Source: Clostridia bacterium
GTDB lineage: Bacteria; Bacillota; Clostridia; UMGS1883
Direction: 5' to 3'
NCBI GenBank assembly: GCA_045615705.1
Contig: JAZLFH010000023.1
Location: 1-53,151 of the forward strand
Length of the DNA: 53,151 nt
Positions within the stretch are counted from its first letter, which is position 1. Each line of letters opens with the position of its first letter. Both the position numbers and the translations under genes were made by a program. Positions 18,665 through 29,012 of the stretch are shown one piece after another. The notes under the pieces were generated by a model. The model did not search any database. It was not told where the DNA came from and saw only the letters and a program-made list of their open reading frames with translations.

Positions 18665-18693
18665 TAGACAAAGCCCCAAAAATATGTTATAAT
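18665..18693 (+). promoter_or_regulatory. Sigma-A promoter for small ORF-valS
   Basis: TAGACA-N17-TATAAT with extended TG. Confidence 0.6.
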
Positions 18694-18713
18694 CACAAAA
18701 ATGAGGTAATGTT

Positions 18714-18875
18714 ATGAAATATTTATTTTACGGCGTTATGGTTATCGGAGCAATTATCGGCTACTTCCCGAAAATTTTTGTGAAAAACCCAAGCCAAAAA
18801 GTTTTTCTGACAATTAAGGGATTTGGACTTGTGATAGTCTTAATCGGTTTGTTGCTTCTATTATATTGCAAGTGA
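18714..18875 (+). CDS. 53-aa two-TM small membrane protein (absent from the ORF track)
   Basis: [53 protein letters not shown]; GAGGT RBS; stop overlaps the valS RBS. Confidence 0.7.
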   Translation: MKYLFYGVMVIGAIIGYFPKIFVKNPSQKVFLTIKGFGLVIVLIGLLLLLYCK

Positions 18876-18886
18876 GGTTATTAATT

Positions 18887-21499
18887 ATGCGAGATCTTGA
18901 AAAAATTTATGACCCTTCAAAAGTTGAAAACAGGCTCTATAAAAAGTGGGTTGACAACAAGTATTTTCACGCTGAGCCCGACTCAAAAAAAGAGCCGTAC
19001 ACCATAGTTATTCCCCCTCCCAATGTTACGGGTCAACTTCACATGGGACACGCTCTTGACGAAAGGCTTCAAGATATTTTGATTCGTTATAAGAGAATGC
19101 AGGGTTACAATGCCCTCTGGGTTCCGGGAACAGACCATGCGGGAATCGCTACTCAAATTAAAGTTGAGGCAGAACTCAGAAAAGACGGGATTTCACGCTT
19201 TGACCTCGGTCGTGAGAAGTTTTTGGAGAAGGTTTGGGATTGGAAAAGAATGTACGGCGACAGAATCATAAACCAACTCAAAAGCCTCGGTTGTTCCTGC
19301 GATTGGGACAGAGAACGCTTTACTATGGACGAAGGCTGTTCAAAAGCCGTTCGTGAAGTCTTTGTAAATCTTTATAACAAAGGGCTTATCTATCGTGGGT
19401 ACCGTATAATAAACTGGTGCCCGAGTTGTAAAACTGCTCTTTCCGATGCAGAAGTTGTATATTCCGAACAGAAGAGCCATCTTTGGCACATCAGATATTT
19501 TAGCGAAGATAAAAAACACGAAATAATTGTTGCTACCACTCGTCCCGAAACTATGCTCGGCGATACTGCCGTTGCAGTTCATCCGGACGATGAAAGATAC
19601 AAAGATTTAGTAGGAAAGAATCTTATTTTACCACTTGTTAACCGTCTTATTCCCGTTGTAGCAGATGAGTATGTAGAAAAAGAATTCGGAACAGGTGCTG
19701 TTAAAATCACTCCTGCACACGACCCTAACGACTTTGAAGTTGCAAATCGCCACAATCTTGAATGCATAAGAGTTATTGACGATGACGGAAATATTTCTTA
19801 CGACTCAAAATACAAGGGATTAGACAGGCTCAGTGCAAGAAAAGAAATTGTTGAGGACCTTGAAAAAGAGGGTTATCTTGTTAAAATCGAGGATTATTCG
19901 CACAATGTAGGCGAATGTCATCGTTGCGGTACTACTGTTGAGCCCACCGCAAGCGACCAGTGGTTTGTTAAGATGGAACCGCTTGCAAAAGACGCTCTTA
20001 AAGTCGTAAAAGACGGAGAAATTAAGTTCGTTCCCGACCGTTTCAGCAAAACATATACAAATTGGATGGAAAATGTCCACGATTGGTGTATTTCACGCCA
20101 ACTTTGGTGGGGACACAGAATCCCTGCGTTTTACTGTGATAAGTGCGGTAAGACATTCGTTTCAAAAGACGACCTTACAACTTGCGAGTGCTGTGGCGGT
20201 ACGCTTCGTCAGGAAAATGATGTATTGGATACTTGGTTTTCTTCTGCACTTTGGCCGTTTTCTACCCTTGGATATCCGGAAAAAACAAAAGAACTTGAAT
20301 ACTTCTACCCGACTTCAACATTGGTAACCGGTTATGATATTATTTTCTTCTGGGTTGCAAGAATGATTTTCTCCGGGCTTGAACACATGAAGGAAATCCC
20401 GTTTAAGCATGTATTTATTCACGGTCTTGTTCGTGATGAACAAGGAAGAAAAATGAGTAAATCCCTCGGAAACGGTATTGACCCGCTTGAAATCGTTTCG
20501 GAATACGGTGCAGATGCTTTAAGATTTACTTTGGCAACAGGAAATTCTCCCGGAAACGATATGCGTTTTTCAAAATCTCGTGTAGAAGCAAGCCGTAACT
20601 TTGCTAACAAAATTTGGAATGCCGCTCGTTTCGTTCTTATGAATCTTTCGATTGATAAGTGTACTCTTCCCGCTAACCCGAAGCGTGAAGACAAGTGGAT
20701 TATATCCCGCCTTAATAAGACAATCAAAGAAGTCAGCGACAATCTTGACAAATTTGAACTCGGAATTGCACTTTCTAAACTTTATGACTTCATTTGGGAC
20801 GAGTTTTGCGATTGGTACATTGAACTCGTAAAACCTCGTTTGTACGGCGATGATGAGGACAGCAAACTTGATGCACAAAGGACTCTCGTTTATGTGCTTT
20901 CATCATTCTTAAAACTTTTGCATCCGTTTATGCCCTTTATTACAGAGGAAATATATTGTGCTCTTCCTGTTAAGGAAGAAACCATTATGACATCTCCTTG
21001 GCCGAAATATGACGATAATTTGTCATTTGAAAAGGCTGAAAGTGAAATGATACTCATTTGCTCTGCAATTCGTGCCATAAGAAACCGCCGTGCGGAAATG
21101 AATGTTCCTCCGGCAAATAAGAGCAGAGTGTTTATAGTTACGGATAAAAAAGATGTCTTTGAAAGCGGAGTTGCTTTTTTCTTGAAACTTGCTTATGCTT
21201 CAAAGGTTGAAATCTGTGATGAAAAAGATGTTCCCGAAGGTTCTGTTGCAATTGTTGTTGACGGAGCAAAGATTTTCCTTCCCATGAACGAACTCATTGA
21301 CATGGACAAAGAAAGAGAAAGACTTAACAAGGAAAAGCAAAACCTTGAAGGTGAAATAAAGCGTTGTGAAGGTAAACTTAAAAACGAAAGTTTTGTAGGG
21401 AAAGCACCGCAGTCCGTTGTAGACGCCGAAAAGGAAAAACTTGAAAAGTATAAGAAGATGTATCAAGAAACCTGTGATTTAATCGCAAAACTCGGCTGA
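18887..21499 (+). CDS. valS: Valine--tRNA ligase
   Basis: [38 protein letters not shown]-terminal coiled coil. Confidence 0.96.
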   Translation: MRDLEKIYDPSKVENRLYKKWVDNKYFHAEPDSKKEPYTIVIPPPNVTGQLHMGHALDERLQDILIRYKRMQGYNALWVPGTDHAGIATQIKVEAELRKDGISRFDLGREKFLEKVWDWKRMYGDRIINQLKSLGCSCDWDRERFTMDEGCSKAVREVFVNLYNKGLIYRGYRIINWCPSCKTALSDAEVVYSEQKSHLWHIRYFSEDKKHEIIVATTRPETMLGDTAVAVHPDDERYKDLVGKNLILPLVNRLIPVVADEYVEKEFGTGAVKITPAHDPNDFEVANRHNLECIRVIDDDGNISYDSKYKGLDRLSARKEIVEDLEKEGYLVKIEDYSHNVGECHRCGTTVEPTASDQWFVKMEPLAKDALKVVKDGEIKFVPDRFSKTYTNWMENVHDWCISRQLWWGHRIPAFYCDKCGKTFVSKDDLTTCECCGGTLRQENDVLDTWFSSALWPFSTLGYPEKTKELEYFYPTSTLVTGYDIIFFWVARMIFSGLEHMKEIPFKHVFIHGLVRDEQGRKMSKSLGNGIDPLEIVSEYGADALRFTLATGNSPGNDMRFSKSRVEASRNFANKIWNAARFVLMNLSIDKCTLPANPKREDKWIISRLNKTIKEVSDNLDKFELGIALSKLYDFIWDEFCDWYIELVKPRLYGDDEDSKLDAQRTLVYVLSSFLKLLHPFMPFITEEIYCALPVKEETIMTSPWPKYDDNLSFEKAESEMILICSAIRAIRNRRAEMNVPPANKSRVFIVTDKKDVFESGVAFFLKLAYASKVEICDEKDVPEGSVAIVVDGAKIFLPMNELIDMDKERERLNKEKQNLEGEIKRCEGKLKNESFVGKAPQSVVDAEKEKLEKYKKMYQETCDLIAKLG

Positions 21500-21522
21500 C
21501 AAGGTGGATTTTGAAATATTTT

Positions 21523-21713
21523 TAAGGGGATGTTTTTTACATCCCCTTTTTTTTGCGACTAAAAGGCGTGCAGAACGGACAAACTTCGCCTCTCGGAGTA
21601 CCTTCGTCTGCCCAGACAAAAAGCCGTGGCTTTTTGCCTCAGTTTGTTCAATCTGCACTATTTTGCTTCCAGCCCCCAAAGGGGGTGTCGCATTTTGCAC
21701 CAGCCCCTTTTTT
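21523..21713. repeat. Composite repeat: terminator hairpin + module A + module B
   Basis: AAGGGGATGT/ACATCCCCTT hairpin; 21555-21607 related to 2-80; 21654-21713 related to 16293-16352 and 45614-45671. Confidence 0.8.
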
Positions 21714-21920
21714 GCGTCTCGCACTTCTTTATATGCTTTATTATATAAAAGTTTACTTATTAGCCAAATGTTATTCTTATGGTAAACAAACGGTTTAAAA
21801 GTATATTTTTATTCTGTTAGGATTTGTGAGTATTTTAACGCAGTCTTAATGGGAAAAGGTCTATAAAACCGTATTTGTATAATATTTTAATGCCTATTCA
21901 TTTAAAATATAATTTAATGT

Positions 21921-21951
21921 AAAAAAAGAGACCTCATAAGAGGTCTCTTTT
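21921..21951 (-). terminator. Intrinsic terminator of the S-layer gene
   Basis: AAAAAAAGAGACCTC-ATAA-GAGGTCTCTTTT. Confidence 0.8.
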
Positions 21952-21970
21952 AATTTTAGGCTATCCTAAA

Positions 21971-24706
21971 TTATTTTACATATCTGTATGCTACTACATC
22001 AATGATGTCTCCATCATATTCGTAAACAGCAACATATGTTACATATTTTGTAGATTCCTTCTGGATTGCACCTGTAAATCCTGTCTTCTTGATAGAAGGA
22101 TCAGATACATCACCATTGTAGTCAACTAAATAGTAGTTAGCCTTTGAAGCCTTAGCGATTGTGTAGCTGTCGCCTGTGTTGTAATCATAAACATCGAACT
22201 TACCTGTTGCAGACTTGATAGCATCTGCATCAGCAATCATACCACCGTAAACAACTGCATCTGCATCATTCGAATTTACATTCTTATATCCAAATGCAAA
22301 CTTATTTGCAGGCAATGTATTAACAAGTTCGATTGTAGAGATATAGTCGCCTGATGTTGATACATAGAATGCGGCACCCTTTACAAGGTCGTTCTCGTTA
22401 CCAGCCTTGAAGTCATACTCAACTTCGTCATCGCAAAGGATGTAAGATACAGTCTCACCGTTTCTAAGACCTGTTACCTTGTAACCTTCGTTATCGCCGA
22501 TAGAAACTTCACTTGCATCCCTTGTAAGGAGAAGGATTCCTTCGGAGTAGTCGATAGAAGCCTTAGCATCAATTGCAACTACAACTGCTGCAACACCATC
22601 GTTAGACTCATCGTAAGTTCCGAATACGAACTCTACATCTGTACCATCTGTGAAGTAGTTAGCAACTGTACCAACTTCAACATCGTCTTCATCAGCTTTT
22701 GCAGAATCAATGTTGAATACGATTGTGTTCTCATCAAATGTGAACTTGCCAACGCTCATGTCTTCTGCATCATATTCCTTATCCATGCTTGTGTAAAGAC
22801 CATCGTAAGAAAGGAAGTTGTTGCCGGAAGCACCTGTTGCAAATTGAAGTTTATTTACATCGCCATCCGGATCAAGTTTGTACTTGATAAGTGAGAAAGT
22901 AGCTGATGCGATAGCATTCTGTACTGCTGTGGTGTCGTTAGCTTTCTTGCCGGAAGAAGTACCGTTTGTGATAACTTCTACTTTGTCAGCAAGGTCAACC
23001 TTTACTGTCTTGCCTTCTGCTGTAACAAGTTTTAATGTGTATGTTGTCTTACCAAATGATGTGTCTGTGTCTTCTGCAATAAGGATAGCATAGTCGCCAC
23101 CTGCTGTTGAAGATGCATCTGCATAAGCAAGTTTGCCTTCAAAGTTAAGGTAGAACTTACCTTCATCACCGCTCTTGATTGAATCTGTGTAAAGGTTTGA
23201 ACGAGTATATTCCTTATCTTCGATTATGATTTCGCCTGTTGAAAGAATTTCATCAACTCTTCCGTCAAAGTTGTTTGATGCTACATAGTAGTAGGAAACA
23301 ACATCGTTTGCGTCTGCAACGACTGTGATAACATCGTCTTCTTCGATTTCTGCTACATCAATCTTTGCACCGTCTTTAATGAATTCATAGTAGATGTCTT
23401 CGTCATCAAGTTCAATATTGATGTCTGTTGCACCGTTCTTAGAAGAAATTGTGATTTCGTCTTCAGTAACTTCTACTTCGTCAACTACTAATTCATCTTT
23501 GTAGTCCTTAACGATTACATACTCATAAACGCCATCATTATCGTTATCGATAAATGTTGCTGTACCGCCGTTTACAAGAATTCCTGCAGCACTCATTGTG
23601 TTGTAATCCTGAAAATCTGTTCTGCTGTAACCTGATTGTATATCGTTGTTAAAGCAAACCTTTAAGCCCGGATCAAGTTCGATGTTTAAGAGTTTGTCTT
23701 TTGCAGTGTTGTTGTAGTAGTAGAACTTAGCAGCATCATAATTTGCCTTTGTTGTAATGTCTTGAAGCATTACATCAGCATTAATTGTAACTGCATCATT
23801 CTTGTTTTCCTTAGGAGCGATTGCGAAGATAACATCTTCGTCATCATCGTTCTCACCGATATATGCTTCTACAGCATAACCGAGTAAGAGTTCTGCACCT
23901 GAGTCATTTGCACCTGCTGTGATTGTTTCGCCATCAAATGTGTAAATTACGATGTCGTCATCATCTTCATCAAATGCACCGTCAAATACTGCGTTTGTTA
24001 CGAAAGTCTTTGTTACGATACCTTCGAATTTTTCTACATCAAGGTAGTCATTAAGGAGAGTCTTGTTACCGATTGTGTACTCATCCTTACCGTCTGTTGT
24101 GTATGTCCACTGCTCCATCATCTTAACATCAAGAGCGTTGTAAACAAGACGCGCTACTGTTGATCTCTTTGCTTCGCCACCGATTGTGCCGGATGCACCC
24201 TTTGTGATGCCTTCCTGTGAAGCAATTGCGAGGTAACCTGACGGATATCCGCCGTTCTTTTCTGCTTTAAGTGTGTAGCCAAGTGCACATACGATCATCT
24301 TAACCATCTGCTCATATGTTACAGGATTTGAAGGACAGAATGTTCCGTCTCCCATACCATCGATGATACCCTGCTGATAAGCAATGTTTACATAACCGGA
24401 TGCCCAATGATCTGCAGCAACATCAGAAAATGCTGTTGTGCCTGTCATGCTTGCTGCTGATTCTTCCATTCCGAGTGCTCTAACAATAACTGTTGCAGCT
24501 TCTGCTCTTGTTATTGTGTTGTTCGGACGGAATGTGTTGTCCTCTTCATAACCCTGGATAATTCCAAGACCTGAGAGAACCTGTACTGCTGTTGCATAGC
24601 TGTCGCTGTCGTCTACATCTGTATAAGCTGATGCACTGATAACACCAAAGCTCATAACCATAGCAACTGCGAGAACTAATGCGAGTGCTTTTTTGAGATT
24701 TAACAT
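21971..24706 (-). CDS. Major S-layer protein with N-terminal SLH domains
   Basis: Signal peptide; SLH motifs (GIIQGY...FRPNNTITRAE, GIIDG...FCPSNPVTYEQ); acidic 911-aa body; strong GGGAGG RBS. Confidence 0.85.
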   Translation of the reverse strand: MLNLKKALALVLAVAMVMSFGVISASAYTDVDDSDSYATAVQVLSGLGIIQGYEEDNTFRPNNTITRAEAATVIVRALGMEESAASMTGTTAFSDVAADHWASGYVNIAYQQGIIDGMGDGTFCPSNPVTYEQMVKMIVCALGYTLKAEKNGGYPSGYLAIASQEGITKGASGTIGGEAKRSTVARLVYNALDVKMMEQWTYTTDGKDEYTIGNKTLLNDYLDVEKFEGIVTKTFVTNAVFDGAFDEDDDDIVIYTFDGETITAGANDSGAELLLGYAVEAYIGENDDDEDVIFAIAPKENKNDAVTINADVMLQDITTKANYDAAKFYYYNNTAKDKLLNIELDPGLKVCFNNDIQSGYSRTDFQDYNTMSAAGILVNGGTATFIDNDNDGVYEYVIVKDYKDELVVDEVEVTEDEITISSKNGATDINIELDDEDIYYEFIKDGAKIDVAEIEEDDVITVVADANDVVSYYYVASNNFDGRVDEILSTGEIIIEDKEYTRSNLYTDSIKSGDEGKFYLNFEGKLAYADASSTAGGDYAILIAEDTDTSFGKTTYTLKLVTAEGKTVKVDLADKVEVITNGTSSGKKANDTTAVQNAIASATFSLIKYKLDPDGDVNKLQFATGASGNNFLSYDGLYTSMDKEYDAEDMSVGKFTFDENTIVFNIDSAKADEDDVEVGTVANYFTDGTDVEFVFGTYDESNDGVAAVVVAIDAKASIDYSEGILLLTRDASEVSIGDNEGYKVTGLRNGETVSYILCDDEVEYDFKAGNENDLVKGAAFYVSTSGDYISTIELVNTLPANKFAFGYKNVNSNDADAVVYGGMIADADAIKSATGKFDVYDYNTGDSYTIAKASKANYYLVDYNGDVSDPSIKKTGFTGAIQKESTKYVTYVAVYEYDGDIIDVVAYRYVK

Positions 24707-24815
24707 ATCTCAAATCCTCCCTTATAAAAATTTTTTGTTTTGCGAAAGTGCTGTACGCGCTTTGCGCCTTTTGGCGCTCACGCGCCCATTAGGGTATCCC
24801 CCCAACTATATTGTG

Positions 24816-24875
24816 ATTATAGCACTCATCTTTTTTGTCGTCAAGCAAAGTTTTTAACTGTAACATAACTGTAAA
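24816..24875 (-). promoter_or_regulatory. S-layer promoter P1 with upstream WalR-type direct repeat
   Basis: Minus strand TTGACG-N17-TATAAT (24844-24816); plus strand TGTAAC-N5-TGTAAA at 24859-24875. Confidence 0.65.
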
Positions 24876-24940
24876 GAAGCAACAATCTCTCCTTTACATT
24901 TACACATTAAGACAAATTGTGAGTCCCTTTTCACGATTTC

Positions 24941-25000
24941 ATAGTACTGCTTTTAACTGCAAAATTCAAGCAAATATTTAAGTTGTAACAAAACATTAAC
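24941..25000 (-). promoter_or_regulatory. Putative S-layer promoter P2 with degenerate WalR-type box
   Basis: Minus strand TTGAAT-N17-TACTAT (24969-24941); plus strand TGTAAC-N5-ATTAAC at 24984-25000. Confidence 0.5.
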
Positions 25001-25059
25001 CTCAATGTCGCATTTTAGTTGCACTGTTTCCTTTTTTGTGGTACTATCTTCTTGGTGGT

Positions 25060-26406
25060 ATGATGTTTATTGATATTATAACTCAAAAAAGAAGTATAAG
25101 AGCAAAGTGCGAAGTCGCAGAACGCCTCAGTGATGTGCTTTTAAGAGAGGGCGTGCTTTTGCGTCTTAACTGCGGAGGAAACGGAAGTTGCGGTAAGTGT
25201 TTTTGCTATCTTGACGGTGAGGGCGTACTTTCTTGTGAGCATTTTTTAGACGGAGGCGAGAAGGAAGTCAGGCTGTTTGAAGAAGAATCTATATATATAA
25301 AGGAAGAAACTTTTTCGCTCCTGCCCCTTTCCCCTATAATAAAAGAAGGTTTTGGTGCGTCCGCAGATATCGGCACTACTTCTGTTTCTTTAAATGTATA
25401 TTCGTTTCCAAGCGGAGAACTTGTTTTTTCTAAACATGAAGAAAACTTGCAGTGTGTTTTTGGCCGTGATGTGCTTTCAAGATGTACAAACAATTATAAA
25501 GAGGCTTCAGATATTCTTGTTTCGCAAATCAAAAGAATGATTTCCGAATCAAATAAAGATGTCAAGGCTTTGGTGGTTTCGGGGAATTCAATTATGTGCC
25601 ACTCTCTTTTAGGTCTTGATACTCGCCCGCTCGGTATGTATCCCTACAAAGAAGAAAGTCGTTTCGGCAAAAAAGTTGACGCTTTTCTTCCTTTATATAT
25701 ACTGCCTTCCGTCCAAGCATTTTTCGGCGGTGATGCAGTAGGCTCCGTTCTTTACTCTAATATGCTTTTAAAACCGAATTCGTTACTGATTGATTTCGGA
25801 ACAAACGCGGAAATTGCATATTTTGACGGAAAAACTTTGTTTTGTACCTCGGCAGCATCGGGAAGTGCCTTGGAAAAAGGTGTTGCTTCAAGTGGTGCAA
25901 TTGATTCTGTTTGGGTTGAGGGGAATAAATTTCACTACTCTGTAATCGGGAATACAAAACCCACCCATCTTTGCGGTTCAGGTCTTATTGATGCGATTTC
26001 TTGTATGCTTACTCTCGGAATTATTGACAAAGACGGTGTATTAAAAAAAGATTTTGAGATAGGAAATTCATCTGTTTTTATCTCGCAACAAGATATTCGT
26101 GATTTTCAGGTTGCAAAATCTGCTGTTAAAAGTGCAATTAAACTTATTTCAAAAGATATATCCAAACTTTACATCGCAGGCGGATTTTCCGCACTCAATA
26201 TTGACAATGCACAAAATGTAGGCATTATTCCCAAAACAAAAAGCACCGCAATTTTAGGAAATGCGGCACTTAAAGGTGCTACGAGTGTTTTATTTGATGA
26301 ATCTAAACTTAATGAGGCTGTAAAAATCGCAAATAACGCGGTTTATACAGACCTTGCTAAAAATGAAAATTTTTACTCGGAATTTATTTCAGAGATGCAC
26401 TTTTAA
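25060..26406 (+). CDS. 2Fe-2S + ASKHA ATPase protein (DUF4445 / RACo corrinoid reductive activator family)
   Basis: CGGNGSCGKC, DIGTTS, FGRDVLSR, IDFGTNAEI, LCGSGLIDA, YIAGGF, GNAALKGA. Confidence 0.82.
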   Translation: MMFIDIITQKRSIRAKCEVAERLSDVLLREGVLLRLNCGGNGSCGKCFCYLDGEGVLSCEHFLDGGEKEVRLFEEESIYIKEETFSLLPLSPIIKEGFGASADIGTTSVSLNVYSFPSGELVFSKHEENLQCVFGRDVLSRCTNNYKEASDILVSQIKRMISESNKDVKALVVSGNSIMCHSLLGLDTRPLGMYPYKEESRFGKKVDAFLPLYILPSVQAFFGGDAVGSVLYSNMLLKPNSLLIDFGTNAEIAYFDGKTLFCTSAASGSALEKGVASSGAIDSVWVEGNKFHYSVIGNTKPTHLCGSGLIDAISCMLTLGIIDKDGVLKKDFEIGNSSVFISQQDIRDFQVAKSAVKSAIKLISKDISKLYIAGGFSALNIDNAQNVGIIPKTKSTAILGNAALKGATSVLFDESKLNEAVKIANNAVYTDLAKNENFYSEFISEMHF

Positions 26407-27223
26407 TCGTGTTTTTCATCAGCATAGCGATTGTCATAGGCCCTACTCCGCCCGGAACAGGTGTTATGGCAGACGCTATTTTTTCCACCTCGTCAAAATC
26501 CACATCGCCGTGAAGTTTGCCGTCCTTTTTGTTGATTCCCACATCTATTACGACAGCACCTTCTTTTACCATGTCGGCGGTTACCGTGTTCATTTTTCCT
26601 ACTGCCGAAACTATAACATCGGCTCTTTTTGTTAGTTCTTTAAGATTTTTTGTGCGACTGTGACAAATCGTTACAGTCGCATTTTCATGGAGCAGAAGCA
26701 TAGCCTGAGGCTTGCCTACAATGTTGCTTCTGCCTATAACAACACACTCTTTGCCTTCAACATCTATTCCGGAAAGATGTATGAGTTCCATTACTCCGGC
26801 AGGCGTGCAAGGCAGAAAGTCATAATCACCTATCATAATTCTTCCTACATTTACCGGGTGAAAAGCGTCCACATCTTTTTTGGGGCTGATTGAGAGAAGT
26901 ACCTTTTTCTCATCAAGCCCTTTCGGAAGAGGAAGTTGCACCAAAATTCCGTGTACCGAATCGTCATTGTTTAACTTTTCTATCAAAGAAAGAAGTTCTT
27001 CCTCCTTTACATCTTCCGAAAAAGCATACTCCAAAGACTTTATTCCGACTTCCTCACAAGCCTTTTTCTTGTTGTTGACATATACTCTACTTGCCGGGTC
27101 GTTTCCTGCTATTATTACTGCCAGGCACGGAAGTGTTCCTTGTTCCGTCAGTTCTTTTGCTTTTAGAGAAAGTTCCCCTTTTATTTTTTTTGCCAGTTCC
27201 TTGCCGTTTAGTATCTGTGCCAT
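26384..27223 (-). CDS. folD: Bifunctional methylene-THF dehydrogenase/cyclohydrolase
   Basis: [46 protein letters not shown]. Confidence 0.96.
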   Translation of the reverse strand: MAQILNGKELAKKIKGELSLKAKELTEQGTLPCLAVIIAGNDPASRVYVNNKKKACEEVGIKSLEYAFSEDVKEEELLSLIEKLNNDDSVHGILVQLPLPKGLDEKKVLLSISPKKDVDAFHPVNVGRIMIGDYDFLPCTPAGVMELIHLSGIDVEGKECVVIGRSNIVGKPQAMLLLHENATVTICHSRTKNLKELTKRADVIVSAVGKMNTVTADMVKEGAVVIDVGINKKDGKLHGDVDFDEVEKIASAITPVPGGVGPMTIAMLMKNTIKSASLK

Positions 27224-29012
27224 ATGTATTTCTCCTCTCAGGCTTTATAAGACAATCTTTTCCAAAGCCTATTAAATCTTTTCTGTTCTCTTTAATTAAT
27301 GCTTCTTTTACAAGTTTATAATTCTCTTTCTTAAACGATTGAAGAAGTGCTTTTTGCATCGCCTTTTCGTGTATATCCTTGGGAACATGCACTTTTTTCA
27401 TTGTCCGAGGGTCAATTCCGGTATAGTACATTGCCGTTGAAAGCGTCCCCGGTGTCGGATAAAAGTCCTGCACCTGCTCGGGACGAATTTTGTTTTTCTT
27501 TAAATACAGTGCAAGTTCTATCGCATCGCTTAATTTACTTCCCGGATGTCCCGACATCAAATAGGGAACTAAATACTGCTCTTTTCCTATTTTATTTGTT
27601 ATATCGTAAAACTTTTTGGAAAACTTCGTATAAACTCTTTCCGAAGGTTTGCCCATATAGTACAAAACATTTGGTGAAATATGCTCGGGTGCAACTTTTA
27701 ACTGACCGCTTACATGATGCTGTAAAAGTTCTGTGAAAAATGTTTCGTCTTTATCCGCAATCAAGTAATCATAACGAATCCCGCTTCTGATAAAAACTTT
27801 TTTAACTCCGTCTATCATGCGGAGTTTTCTTAAAAGAGCAAGATAATCTTTATGCGAAACATCTGCATTTTTACAAATATCGGGGAAAAGGCACATTCTT
27901 TCTTTGCAGGTTCCCGATGTTAACTGTTTTTGGCACGCAGGAGAGCGAAAATTTGCGGTCGGTCCTCCTACATCATGTATATACCCCTTAAAATCCGGAA
28001 GATATGTAAGGTTTTTTGCTTCGTTTATAATTGAAGCATGGCTTCTTGACTGAACAACTCGCCCTTGATGAAAAGTCAACGCACAAAAATTGCAACTGCC
28101 AAAGCACCCTCTTGAAGATGTTATTGAAAATTTTACTTCTTCAAGTGCCGGAACTCCGCCCATTTTTTCATACATCGGGTGATACTCACGAGTGTATTTT
28201 AAAGAATACACTCTGTCCATTTCGCTTTCGCTCAGGGGAAGTGCCGGTTGATTTTGTATTACATACTTATTCCCGTGTGCCTGAGCAAGGACTTTCCCAC
28301 GCACAAAATCCTGCTCTTCATATTCTGTCTTGGACGCTGTGGCGTACGCTTCCTTGCTTGTTGAAACTTCTTCAAAAGAGGGCAGAACTATCGCATTTTT
28401 AGGCGGTTTGTCCGCAACATAACAAATCCCGCGGGGAATTTTTCTTTCGCCTTTATCAAGCATATTTGCAATTTCAATTATGCTCTTTTCTCCCATTCCG
28501 AAAGATATGTAGTCAGCCTGACTGTCGAAAATTATGCTCCGCCTTACTTTGTCCGAATGGTAATCGTAGTGGGCAAATCGTCTGAGGCTCGCCTCAACTC
28601 CGCCGATAATTATAGGTATATCGCCAAAAGCCTCTCGTACTCTGTTTGAATAAACTATAATACATCTGTCGGGGCGATTTCCCGTTTTACCGCCGGGTGA
28701 ATACACATCTTCGCTCCGCTTTTTCTTGGCTGCTGTGTAGTGATTGACCATGGAATCTATTACTCCGCCCGAAATCATTACGCCAAGTCTTGGGCGTGAG
28801 TAAGACCTTATCTCGTCAGCATTTTTCCACTGAGGCTGAGCACAAATCGCCACTCTGTATCCGTTTGCTTCAAGCATTCTTGATAAAATCGCAACGCCAA
28901 ATGACGGATGGTCAACATACGCATCTCCCGTTATAAACAGAAAATCATAATAGTCCCACCCGAGCATGTCCATTTCTTCTTTTGATACAGGTAAAAAATT
29001 ACTCTTCATCAT
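27087..29012 (-). CDS. ygiQ: YgiQ (UPF0313) family radical SAM protein
   Basis: [45 protein letters not shown]. Confidence 0.88.
   Translation of the reverse strand: MMKSNFLPVSKEEMDMLGWDYYDFLFITGDAYVDHPSFGVAILSRMLEANGYRVAICAQPQWKNADEIRSYSRPRLGVMISGGVIDSMVNHYTAAKKKRSEDVYSPGGKTGNRPDRCIIVYSNRVREAFGDIPIIIGGVEASLRRFAHYDYHSDKVRRSIIFDSQADYISFGMGEKSIIEIANMLDKGERKIPRGICYVADKPPKNAIVLPSFEEVSTSKEAYATASKTEYEEQDFVRGKVLAQAHGNKYVIQNQPALPLSESEMDRVYSLKYTREYHPMYEKMGGVPALEEVKFSITSSRGCFGSCNFCALTFHQGRVVQSRSHASIINEAKNLTYLPDFKGYIHDVGGPTANFRSPACQKQLTSGTCKERMCLFPDICKNADVSHKDYLALLRKLRMIDGVKKVFIRSGIRYDYLIADKDETFFTELLQHHVSGQLKVAPEHISPNVLYYMGKPSERVYTKFSKKFYDITNKIGKEQYLVPYLMSGHPGSKLSDAIELALYLKKNKIRPEQVQDFYPTPGTLSTAMYYTGIDPRTMKKVHVPKDIHEKAMQKALLQSFKKENYKLVKEALIKENRKDLIGFGKDCLIKPERRNTYGTDTKRQGTGKKNKRGTFSKSKRTDGTRNTSVPGSNNSRKRPGK

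Noticed and set aside
19058-19072. Odd residues in conserved motifs (ValRS DERLQD; also FtsK EMPNRY, GlnRS YCICEE)
   Set aside because: Single substitutions that cannot be told apart from consensus errors or ordinary variation without reads.
21479-21798. Three short ORFs after valS
   Set aside because: They are translations of the composite repeat; the same peptide fragments recur in the ORF over the 16276 repeat.
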